Shown here: positions 33,510-42,430 of the stretch, piece after piece
How positions within the stretch are numbered: the first letter of the stretch is position 1
Layout of the letters: every line of letters begins with the position of its first letter
From: Bdellovibrionales bacterium
GTDB lineage: Bacteria > Bdellovibrionota > Bdellovibrionia > Bdellovibrionales > UBA1609
Direction of reading: 5' to 3'
Length of the DNA stretch: 64,000 bases
Assembly: GCA_965205945.1 (NCBI GenBank)
Contig: CBDBIB010000001.1
Location: 480,001 to 544,000, forward strand
Position numbers and translations under genes: made by a program
Notes under the pieces: generated by a model
What the model was told of the DNA's origin: nothing
What the model saw: only the letters and a program-made list of their open reading frames with translations
Database searches by the model: none

Positions 33510-34382
33510 CTACCTACGTCCCCTTCTAACAACTTGAACAAGAACCCTTTTAACCCTTATATTTCCTCTTAAATTAAGTCTTATATGCCCTAGCCCTACA
33601 ACGCCTCCACGCTCTAACTGCTCTCTAACAGTTAGTGGAGCTTGTAAAACTAGACGATGCATAGCGCCTCTTCTAAAAAAATCACCTTGATTTCCCGGAA
33701 TTATTTTCTCCTCAGAATGATACCTCCCAATTTGTAAAGAAACCCTAGCTCTACCAGCTCTAGATTTAGCATCTATAATAACAGATTTAATAGCTTTTCT
33801 GCTTAAATCCACCCCTTGTTCTATTAAACTTTTTCTTATTTGAATTATAGATTCATTTCTTAAAATCTCTCCTGGATTTACAAAAATTGAGTATGTTTGA
33901 ATTACTAATCTTTCTCTTCTAACAACTTGAACAAGAACCCTTTTAACCCTTATATTTCCTCTTAAATTAAGCCTTATATGCCCTAGCCCTACAACGCCTC
34001 CACGTTCTAACTGCTCTCTAACAGTTAGTGGAGCTTGTAAAACTAGACGATGCATAGCGCCTCTTCTAAAAAAATCACCTTGATTTCCCGGAATTATTTT
34101 CTCCTCAGAATGATACCTCCCAATTTGTAAAGAAACCCTAGCTCTACCAGCTCTAGATTTAGCATCTATAATAACAGATTTAATAGCTTTTCTGCTTAAA
34201 TCCACCCCTTGTTCTATTAAACTTTTTCTTATTTGAATTATAGATTCATTTCTTAAAATCTCTCCTGGATTTACAGAAATTGAGTATTTCTCACTTACTA
34301 ATTTTGAACTATCCCTCATTGAGTCTGCAGCAGCTCCAATAGACATAGCCAAAACGATAACTATCATTAACAATTTATTCAT
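33510..34382 (-). CDS. Secreted hypothetical protein of two near-identical ~125-aa beta-rich domains
   Basis: Signal peptide; duplicated YSI.VNPGEILR...KRVLVQVVRR unit. Confidence 0.8.
   Translation of the reverse strand: MNKLLMIVIVLAMSIGAAADSMRDSSKLVSEKYSISVNPGEILRNESIIQIRKSLIEQGVDLSRKAIKSVIIDAKSRAGRARVSLQIGRYHSEEKIIPGNQGDFFRRGAMHRLVLQAPLTVREQLERGGVVGLGHIRLNLRGNIRVKRVLVQVVRRERLVIQTYSIFVNPGEILRNESIIQIRKSLIEQGVDLSRKAIKSVIIDAKSRAGRARVSLQIGRYHSEEKIIPGNQGDFFRRGAMHRLVLQAPLTVREQLERGGVVGLGHIRLNLRGNIRVKRVLVQVVRRGRR
33523..34287. repeat. Intragenic tandem duplication, 372-bp copies, period 393 bp
   Basis: 33523-33894 vs 33916-34287; only about 3 differences found by eye. Confidence 0.95.
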
Positions 34383-34757
34383 ATCCCCACCCCTTTTTCC
34401 ATTGACCCTTTAACATTAAAAAATCAAACTAGAACTAAATCTTAAACTAATGAAAAAATTACAACAAATTATATATTTTAATTTCTAATAAATAAAATTT
34501 TTATAACTTTCTTATTTAATTTAATATAAAATATATTCTTATGGGATTTAATCTTAATTTCACTTAAAATACGGCTAGATCTGTAAAATATTTTAGTTAA
34601 TCCCCTTAAGGCCTACACCTATTAAAAGCATGGTAAAAACTTTTAACACTCTTATCCAAACTCGGAGGTAAAATTATATTCAAACCCCTTTATAAGAACA
34701 TAGCGCCATTTTTTATAATTCTTTTATGTGCTGTTTTACCTTATAGTTAAAGTAGCT

Positions 34758-37259
34758 TTAAAGACCTGTTGAATAACTTTTCACACTAAAATTTTTGTAT
34801 TCAGTATCATCAAAATCATTTACTTGAATAACGTCCCAACAAGCTTTAATTGACTTTACAATTATAGTTTTTTCCTCTTGAGTAATCACGTTCTTTTCAA
34901 CTGCAAGCTTAACTAAATCTGAAACTTTTTTCTTTGGAAGTATTTTTGTTCTAACTGCTTTTTTAATTTTTCGTTCAATACCTGATGCTTGCTTTGAAAG
35001 CTTAAATGCCCACTCAAGCTTCCCTAAGCCATCTTCAGTTTCTTCAGGAATATAAATTCCAGCAGTAAGCCTCTTTCTTTGTTCAGACAAAGCCATCATC
35101 TTCGTACAAACCATATGACCCAAATCATCAGAAGGGCCAGACCCAATAGAATTTAAACGAGCCCATCTTCCAACAACACCTTTAAAAAACCATGTTAATC
35201 CTGGGATTTGAAGATTTAAACAAATACCTTCAAATCCTTTTTGAATTTCTCTATTACCATACTCTAAAGCATAATTTACAAAAGAAAGATCTTCCTTTCT
35301 AGCTCCTTCTGATTCAAACCTTCTTATAACAGCATAATTTAAGTACATCCAAGAAAGAATATCAGCAAATCTTCCTGTGATTTTTTCTTTAAACTTTAAA
35401 CTTCCACCCAAAGAACCCATAGCAACATCTGCCATGATCGCAAAACTTGCAGATGCCCAAGATAACTTTCTATAATGTGAATTAAGTACTCCACCACCAA
35501 ATCCAACAGCCAAGAATCCTCTAGTCCAACTAAGCAATATAGATCTAAAGATATTTCTTACAATATGACCTATATGCCCCCAGAAAGACAAATCAAAACC
35601 ATTTAAATCTCCTTCTTTAGCAGTTTTAATTTCCTGATAAGCATATGGATGAGCACGCAAAGCACCCTGTCCAAAAATCATAAGAGTTCTTGTTAAAATA
35701 TTTGCGCCTTCAACCGTAATTGCAATTGGAGCTGATTTATACGCATGAGCTAATGTGTTTCTAGGCCCTTCAGAAATTGCAGAACCTCCAACAATATCCA
35801 TTGCTCCATTAATTACTTTTCTAAAAGCCTCTGTAGTTTGATATTTTCCAATTGCTGTTATAATAGGAGGACTTAACCCTCTATCAATTGCACCACATGT
35901 AAAAGTACGACAAGCCTCTAGAATATAGGTAAAACCACCAATTTCAGCTAAAGGCTCTTCAACACCTTCAAATTTACCAATTGATAAACCAAATTGTTTT
36001 CTCACAGTTGCGTGAGCTGACGCAACTCTAAAGGCCATCTTAACTCCACCCGTACTTTGAGATGGAAGTGAAATTCCACGTCCAGCACCTAAACAATCCA
36101 TCAACATACTCCAGCCTCTACCAACCCCTAAAATTCCACCCACTACACACTCTTCAAGGTCTACAACAACATCTTTACCCTGTGTCGGACAATTATAAAA
36201 AGGAGCCCCTAATGGACTGTGTCTGTTTCCTTTAACAACGCCCTTAGTAGAAGATGGAATCAATGCACAAGTAATTCCCCTATCATCACCTAAAGCCTCA
36301 TCATTTTGTTTTAATAAGTTCTCAGGATCTTTTACTCTAAAGGCCAAACCAATTGTTGTTGCCACTGCCGCTAAAGTGATCCAACGCTTATTCCAATTTA
36401 TACGAAGCTTTAACCTTCCATCATCTCCTTTAAAAACAACACCTTCTGAAATTATTGACCCCGCATCACTTCCTGCTTGAGGCTCTGTAAGACCAAAACA
36501 AGGAAGCTCTTCACCAATAGCAAGCTTTGGAAGAAGCCTGTCTTTTTGTTCCTGAGTTCCATAATGATTTAAAAGTTCAGCAGGCCCTAATGAGTTTGGA
36601 ACCATTACACTAACACCTGGAACAATTGAACGTGAGGCTATTTTTTCAATAACTGCTCCATGGGCAAGAGCAGAAAAACCTAAACCCCCATAAGATTTTG
36701 GAATAATCATTCCAAAAAACTTTTCTTTTTTTAAAAATGTCCAAACTTCTTCAGGCATTTCTCTTTTTTGCCAAATCTCCCAATCATTAATCATCTTACA
36801 AACTTCTTCAACAGGGCCATCTAAAAACTCTTGCTCTTCAATTTTAAGTTTTGGGTATGGCTCTTTACTTAATTTTTTAAAATCAGGTTTTCCTGAGAAC
36901 AAGTCTTTTTCAACCCAAACAACACCTGCTTCTAATGCCGTTTTTTCTGTATCTGAAATCTCTGGCAAAGCTCTTTTCATAAGGGCCATAATAACAGATG
37001 AAACTAATATCCTTCTAATAGGCTTAATTACGAAAACTAAAAACACACCCATTAAAATATAAAGAGGCGTACCCATAAGACCACTCACTATTGCTAATAG
37101 TATAATAGTTAAAGCCCATAGAATAAATGGAGCCCCTAAGTATCCAAAGACTACAAGTAAAAACACTGATCCGAAAATAACAGCACATCTGTACTCGCTA
37201 AATAATTCAAGCACCATGTTTAAATCCACTAAACCTCTCCTTGCATTACATTCTGACAC
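34758..37259 (-). CDS. fadE: Membrane-bound acyl-CoA dehydrogenase (FadE type)
   Basis: VPNSLGPAELL, PCFGLTEPQAGSDAG, NWNKRWITLA, RKQFGLSIGKFEGVEE, ITVEGANILTR. The true start may be GTG 37229, after an AGGAGAGG SD. Confidence 0.93.
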   Translation of the reverse strand: MSECNARRGLVDLNMVLELFSEYRCAVIFGSVFLLVVFGYLGAPFILWALTIILLAIVSGLMGTPLYILMGVFLVFVIKPIRRILVSSVIMALMKRALPEISDTEKTALEAGVVWVEKDLFSGKPDFKKLSKEPYPKLKIEEQEFLDGPVEEVCKMINDWEIWQKREMPEEVWTFLKKEKFFGMIIPKSYGGLGFSALAHGAVIEKIASRSIVPGVSVMVPNSLGPAELLNHYGTQEQKDRLLPKLAIGEELPCFGLTEPQAGSDAGSIISEGVVFKGDDGRLKLRINWNKRWITLAAVATTIGLAFRVKDPENLLKQNDEALGDDRGITCALIPSSTKGVVKGNRHSPLGAPFYNCPTQGKDVVVDLEECVVGGILGVGRGWSMLMDCLGAGRGISLPSQSTGGVKMAFRVASAHATVRKQFGLSIGKFEGVEEPLAEIGGFTYILEACRTFTCGAIDRGLSPPIITAIGKYQTTEAFRKVINGAMDIVGGSAISEGPRNTLAHAYKSAPIAITVEGANILTRTLMIFGQGALRAHPYAYQEIKTAKEGDLNGFDLSFWGHIGHIVRNIFRSILLSWTRGFLAVGFGGGVLNSHYRKLSWASASFAIMADVAMGSLGGSLKFKEKITGRFADILSWMYLNYAVIRRFESEGARKEDLSFVNYALEYGNREIQKGFEGICLNLQIPGLTWFFKGVVGRWARLNSIGSGPSDDLGHMVCTKMMALSEQRKRLTAGIYIPEETEDGLGKLEWAFKLSKQASGIERKIKKAVRTKILPKKKVSDLVKLAVEKNVITQEEKTIIVKSIKACWDVIQVNDFDDTEYKNFSVKSYSTGL

Positions 37260-37703
37260 TGTACTAGGTAAGCTTTATTTTTTCAATCTGTGTTACTTAT
37301 TACACAGAAACTAGACTAACGCATGATTTAGTGGTGTCTTTTAAGAATATTGCAGTCAAAGTCTTGTAACAAATACCAAAGATTTAGCCTATGTTAATAA
37401 TATTCTAGTTTAAAATAGTCACCTTTATAAAAAATCCATAACACCTTAAATTCGAACTCTTCATATAAAGGAACTACCGTGTAAGAGAAAAGATTTTAAA
37501 GCTTTAGTTATACAATTTATTTAAAACTTATCAAATCGTAAGATCAGATAAATTGTACCCCAAAAAACCTCTTCTAAAGAAGTTTGTACTTTTAACTATA
37601 TTATAAATATTCTAAAAAAACAAAGGCTATACAATAACTGTGTTATAAGGCCCTCATAAAAAAATTGTTCTTAAATTTGAGAAACTCTAAGTCTATTTTG
37701 GTA

Positions 37704-40700
37704 TTAATTACCTTCACCTCCACTATCCGGATTTAAATAAAAACTATAATAAAAACTTAAATCAGCTCCACGAGAAAGGTTTCCGGCTGCATCTTGTGCA
37801 ACACCAGAGGCAATGCTAATTGAAGCATATTTACTAGTACTAGTACTACAGCTCCGAAGTATAATCCTTGGATTAATAGTTGTTCCATTTGTTACTGAAA
37901 CTCTACAACTTGTAGCACCTCCAGTAAAGCTGACATCGCTGCTTCGTAGGTTTATACGACTACTAGGGTTTCCAATTACAATTATGGAAAAGTTTATAGA
38001 CATTGATCTACTTTCTACAGGGATTCCAATACTAACAATAGGGGGCTCAGTATCTTTTATTAGGTTTAAAACACCTGAAGTTTTAGAGTTTCCAGCAGTG
38101 TTTGTGATGCTAGCAGTTAGTGAAAGTGGGCCATCACTTAAGCTTGAAAAATCAATATCACCACTAAAGCTTTTATTAGAACAGGTAATAACGCTTGTAC
38201 CATGTGAGAATGTAACCAGCTCACCATCTTCAGAACATGTTCCTGAAACTCTAAAGGCCCCTTGGTTACTAGAGTTAATGTAATTTCCTCGTACAGGATT
38301 TGTAATAGAAATTGTTGAATCATTGTTACTTAAAACATTTATCCACGTCCACACTGTTCCATTGCAAAACTCCAGTTTTTTTTCTAAAGAATTATACCTT
38401 AAAGTACCCTCAGTTAAACTGTCACAAGGGGTTGTAACTGTTCCAATTTTTATTCCGTTTAAAAGCGTAACAGTAGATGTACTAATAGACCCTGGAGCAG
38501 AAAAGTTTCTAGAGACAAAGACATCACCACTATTATCAATAGTGATTCCCTCATCATCGCCGTCTCCACTTAAATAATTTTGATTAAGACTTATATTTAA
38601 TCGAGCTATACTATCTCCCATATTATCAGCACTGCTTGGTAAGTTTATAAGCCGACTTCCATCAACAGCAGGCAGTCTTAAAGAGCTATCAAGCTTAATA
38701 AGCTGATTGCTCCCTGTGCCAACATCTAATCTAGCTGTGCTAATGGTTCCTGAAGTGATCTTTTCTCCATTTAAATCTGGTATATCAGATTTTAATAAAC
38801 TTAAACCCTCAACCACTCTTCCTTTAACATCAACTCTAACTTTTGGGTACGTCCCTGGGGTTACACCCGTTGATGTAAGACTAGGGTTTGGGTAGGTTCC
38901 TGTAAGATCCCCTTGAGCCTGGCTTCCTAAAAGACTTGTGTCTGTCACACATGACCATAAATAAATAGGACCTTCACTCATTTGAAGTTTTTCATTGGCT
39001 TCACAACTAGGCACCCCACCAGCATCCATTGCGTTGCCTCGACTTGTGCCTAAAGAAGCTTTTAAATAACCGTTTAAAAAGTTTGAATGTGTTATTTTTT
39101 TAAGACCACTTTGAGAAACATCATACATTAAAACACTGTCTAAAGAATCAGCCGTAGTTTTTTCTGTAGTTTTGTTAATGTCTACACTTAAACTTCTATC
39201 AGTTGATAAATCTCCGCCTCCACTTAATCCACTGTTTAAAGCCGTTCTAATAGTTCTAGTTATTGGAGCTTTTCTAGATTCAAGTTCATTAAGTGCACCT
39301 TCTACATCTGTAGCCTGAATGTTTCCAAATGGAGTGTAGGTCACCGTGTTTGCCGCCAGACTTGCTAAACTCCAACCTTCAGACACATCCTTACAATTTG
39401 CTCCTCTTTCATCACAAATTTGTGTTATTCTTGCTGTTCCAGCAACGTCTAATAAAGCCTCAGGACTAGCCTTACCAACCCCAACCCTTCCACTAGCATC
39501 AATAATAATTCCCTCATTATCACCGTCTCCACTTAAATAATTTTGGTTAAGATTTATATTTAATCGAGCTATACCATCTCCCATATTATCAGCACTACTT
39601 GGTAAGTTTATAAGCCGACTTCCATCAACAGCAGGCAGTCTTAAAGAGCTATCAAGCTTAATAAGCTGATTGCTCCCTGTGCCAACATCTAATCTAGCTG
39701 TGCTAATGATTCCTGAAGTGATCTTTTCTCCATTTAAATCTGGTATATCAGATTTTAATAAACTTAAACCCTCAACCACTCTTCCTTTAACATCAACTCT
39801 AACTTTTGGGTACGCCCCTTGGGTTACACCCGTTGGTGTAAGACTAGGGTTTGGGTAGGTTCCTGTAAGATCCCCTTGAGCCTGGCTTCCTAAAAGACTT
39901 GTGTCTGTGTCCGTATCAATATCAGCCACGCAAGAATAGCTTATTATAGTACCAGGGTTTCGTTGAATCTTTTCCCCACTAGTACACACAGGAAGAGTGT
40001 CCACTTGCATGAGCTGTCCTAAACCACTTCCTATATCTGCTTCTAAACCCCTTGGCGTAATTTTTAAACCACTTCCTACTTTTACTTTTAATTTATTTAT
40101 ATTAAACTCTAAACCCCCAGAAGAATCTAAATCTAAATCTATGTTTCCACTGTTGTTGTATAAACCCCTACCAAGGTTGATGCTTATTGTTGGGTTGCTA
40201 CCACCTGAAGAAGTTAAAGGAGCATTGACTAAAACACTTAATGCACTACTTAAGGTGCTTAAAACTTCTAAGCTAACACCATTCCAATACTTAAGCGCTC
40301 CAGAGTCACTATTGTACCAAGTAGCCCCAGCATTGCTCATGTTCATAGACCCTAAAAGACTAACTTCTTCTAAATTCGTATAAGAACCTAAGGTCATGGT
40401 ACTTCCTGGGTTTTGCATAATATGACTTGTGTTTAGAATCTGATTATTATTAAAGTTAAGGTCACCTAATAAAACCCCTCCTGTAAGAGGAAGTTTTGTA
40501 TTGTCAGTTCCTGTGGGAACCACTGAGCTTGGTAGAATTCCACTTGTGATTTTATTTGCATGAATACCACTTGCAAGATGACTGTTTAAAACACCCCCTG
40601 GTGCAATTAAAATTGTACCACTGTTTGTAATGGTTCCACCACTTAAGCCACTTCCTGCTGTAATACTGGTTACAGTTCCACTACCTTTACCAACAACAGT

Positions 40701-41474
40701 GGCTGCTGATCCATTGTAGTACATGATTTGATTATTTGTAGAGTTATACCAAATATCTCCTGCCTGAGAATTAGGTGGTGGATGAGAGCTTGAAAAACTC
40801 GGTAAAGAGCTAGCTCCACTGATGCTTAATGGGGAGTATTGATTAGAGCTGCCATTAATTAAAGCCATAAGCTCCCTTTGATTGGCATCATTATCAAACA
40901 CGGTCTCTAAATTGCTTTGAGTAACACCACGACTTACTTGAATAAAATCATTAACAGCTTTTCCACCAAGTTTGCCGGCATACTGAGCATAGGGCACACT
41001 GTGAATTATATGATCATTTGTTAAAGTAAGAGGGCCGCTGCCATGATCAAAAGTTACTCTAAGCCTTCTTGTATCGTTTAAGGTTGGAGTGTATGAAGAC
41101 CCAAAGGCACAACTAAGACTTTTATTGTTTAAAAAAGAATTGTCTAAAGCTTTAGATAAATTTGTTAAGCCTCCATTTCCTGTGTTTATTCCAGACCCAA
41201 CGTTTAAGTTAAAAACTCCCTTTGATCCTATCATATTAAGATTAAAACTTTCTTCGTAAAGAAGACAATGATCCATGGAGGATAAAACTTGAACAAGAAA
41301 GCTGACATTATTTTCTTCTAAAGCGTCTCCATTGGGTTTTACAATTTGACCTTGAAAAACAAAAGAACTTGGGGTGGCTAGAGAATGGGGAGTTAATAGT
41401 AAAATTGTGAAGAAAGTTAGAGCTTTCACACCTATTTCTATGAAATTTTTTAATAAGTCATATACTCTATACAT
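37704..41474 (-). CDS. Bdellovibrio-type MAT/tail-fibre-like trimeric adhesin with Ig-like C-terminal head
   Basis: N-terminal FQGQIVKPNG..LE..VSF......CLLYEE..GVFNLNVGSG..SVPYA; fibre repeats (GTVTSITAGSGLSGGTIT, KVRVDVKGRV, LPAVDGSRL); GTLRYN..LEFCNG..W neck; Ig-like repeats. Likely start is GTG 41429. Confidence 0.85.
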   Translation of the reverse strand: MYRVYDLLKNFIEIGVKALTFFTILLLTPHSLATPSSFVFQGQIVKPNGDALEENNVSFLVQVLSSMDHCLLYEESFNLNMIGSKGVFNLNVGSGINTGNGGLTNLSKALDNSFLNNKSLSCAFGSSYTPTLNDTRRLRVTFDHGSGPLTLTNDHIIHSVPYAQYAGKLGGKAVNDFIQVSRGVTQSNLETVFDNDANQRELMALINGSSNQYSPLSISGASSLPSFSSSHPPPNSQAGDIWYNSTNNQIMYYNGSAATVVGKGSGTVTSITAGSGLSGGTITNSGTILIAPGGVLNSHLASGIHANKITSGILPSSVVPTGTDNTKLPLTGGVLLGDLNFNNNQILNTSHIMQNPGSTMTLGSYTNLEEVSLLGSMNMSNAGATWYNSDSGALKYWNGVSLEVLSTLSSALSVLVNAPLTSSGGSNPTISINLGRGLYNNSGNIDLDLDSSGGLEFNINKLKVKVGSGLKITPRGLEADIGSGLGQLMQVDTLPVCTSGEKIQRNPGTIISYSCVADIDTDTDTSLLGSQAQGDLTGTYPNPSLTPTGVTQGAYPKVRVDVKGRVVEGLSLLKSDIPDLNGEKITSGIISTARLDVGTGSNQLIKLDSSLRLPAVDGSRLINLPSSADNMGDGIARLNINLNQNYLSGDGDNEGIIIDASGRVGVGKASPEALLDVAGTARITQICDERGANCKDVSEGWSLASLAANTVTYTPFGNIQATDVEGALNELESRKAPITRTIRTALNSGLSGGGDLSTDRSLSVDINKTTEKTTADSLDSVLMYDVSQSGLKKITHSNFLNGYLKASLGTSRGNAMDAGGVPSCEANEKLQMSEGPIYLWSCVTDTSLLGSQAQGDLTGTYPNPSLTSTGVTPGTYPKVRVDVKGRVVEGLSLLKSDIPDLNGEKITSGTISTARLDVGTGSNQLIKLDSSLRLPAVDGSRLINLPSSADNMGDSIARLNISLNQNYLSGDGDDEGITIDNSGDVFVSRNFSAPGSISTSTVTLLNGIKIGTVTTPCDSLTEGTLRYNSLEKKLEFCNGTVWTWINVLSNNDSTISITNPVRGNYINSSNQGAFRVSGTCSEDGELVTFSHGTSVITCSNKSFSGDIDFSSLSDGPLSLTASITNTAGNSKTSGVLNLIKDTEPPIVSIGIPVESRSMSINFSIIVIGNPSSRINLRSSDVSFTGGATSCRVSVTNGTTINPRIILRSCSTSTSKYASISIASGVAQDAAGNLSRGADLSFYYSFYLNPDSGGEGN
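38535..39908. repeat. Intragenic ~410-bp direct repeat in the fibre gene (period 963 bp)
   Basis: ~38535-38945 vs ~39498-39908, encoding DTSLLGSQAQGDLTGTYPNP...NQNYLSGDGD twice; near-identical at DNA level. Confidence 0.93.
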
Positions 41475-41481
41475 ATTGTAT

Positions 41482-41508
41482 ATTTCGGATGAAAAGCTTA
41501 ATAATTAG
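41482..41508 (-). promoter_or_regulatory. Putative sigma28 promoter of the fibre adhesin
   Basis: Minus strand CTAA-N15-TCCGAAAT. Confidence 0.45.
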
Positions 41509-41579
41509 AGGGAATTAAATAGTTTTTTAGCTCTAATTCTACATTTTTATTTTCATTTAAAATCTGTGCTTTTGTATGA

Positions 41580-41607
41580 GATGCCGATAAGGAGGATTAT
41601 GTTACTA
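41580..41607 (+). other. XerC/D dif-like recombination site 1
   Basis: GATGCCGATAA-GGAGGA-TTATGTTACTA; 11-6-11 architecture like E. coli dif GGTGCGCATAA-TGTATA-TTATGTTAAAT. Confidence 0.75.
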
Positions 41608-42062
41608 CGTCTATTTTAAAATTATATTTAAGTTTAAAAGTATTTAATTATAAAAGTTTAGACTTTATTTTTTTAAAATTATTATTTTCAATAAAATTTT
41701 TATTATTAAAAATAAGGACTGCTTTAGAATTTACTTTAAAAATATTTAATATTTAATATTCTTTTTTTAAAGCTTAGATTTAAATATCTTTATTTATCAT
41801 AGCTGTTATTTTAACCAGCATCTAAGTTTAAAAGTTATTAAGATACAGCATATGTATTATATAAAATTAAATAATATTTAAAGCGATATTCTTTAAGGTT
41901 TTTTTAATATTTATTTGTATAGAGATATTATTTAAACAAGAAAATCTTGTTAATTAAACGTAACTATTTTGCAACATTTTTATGTCACAAAGAAATTTAC
42001 ACTTAAGCACCATAGTTAAAATCAGCAGGTCAAATCAAAAATAATGTGGTTTTAAGCAGAAA

Positions 42063-42090
42063 TAGTAACATAATCCCCCTTATCGGCATG
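42063..42090 (-). other. XerC/D dif-like recombination site 2 (inverted relative to site 1)
   Basis: Minus strand CATGCCGATAA-GGGGGA-TTATGTTACTA; 26/28 identical to site 1. Confidence 0.75.
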
Positions 42091-42094
42091 TTTT

Positions 42095-42240
42095 GTAAAA
42101 GTACACCATCCATATTAATAACTTTAAAAGTATTCCAACCAGAGATGTTAGGGAGTTACTAAAGCTTCATTACTCAATGCATATGGCTCATATTAGTAAC
42201 ATGTGTAGTTAAGTCGCCATTAACAAGAGTTAAGTTCTTT
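42095..42240 (-). pseudogene. DUF285/BspA-type surface repeat protein fragment
   Basis: KNLTLVNGDLTTHVTNMSHM / (frameshift) SNEALVT / PNISGWNTFKVINMDGV matches the DUF285 repeat 'PDTSGWDTSxVTNMxxMF'; contains stops and frameshifts. Confidence 0.7.
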
Positions 42241-42430
42241 TACCTATTTCTTATATATTTATTCTGCTTAATCCTATCTCATTGTTAAGCAGTGACACAA
42301 TTTAATTTACAGGCCCGATTTTTTCAGAAAAATCTAACTATTTAAACGCTCTAATTCCTAAGATTACCTAGTTTTATCTGCAAAATAGATAAGACTAGAC
42401 CCTTTAAACCTAATATGCTCAAATTATCAC

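Noticed and set aside
37813..40383. Several plus-strand ORFs, including two similar 62-aa ORFs
   Set aside because: Antisense shadows of the fibre gene and its internal repeat.
41583..42087. GCCGATAA in both inverted sites read as sigma28 -10 boxes
   Set aside because: No TAAA-like -35 at the right spacing, and conservation extends through a 6-bp spacer and TTATGTTACTA, which fits a dif-like site better.
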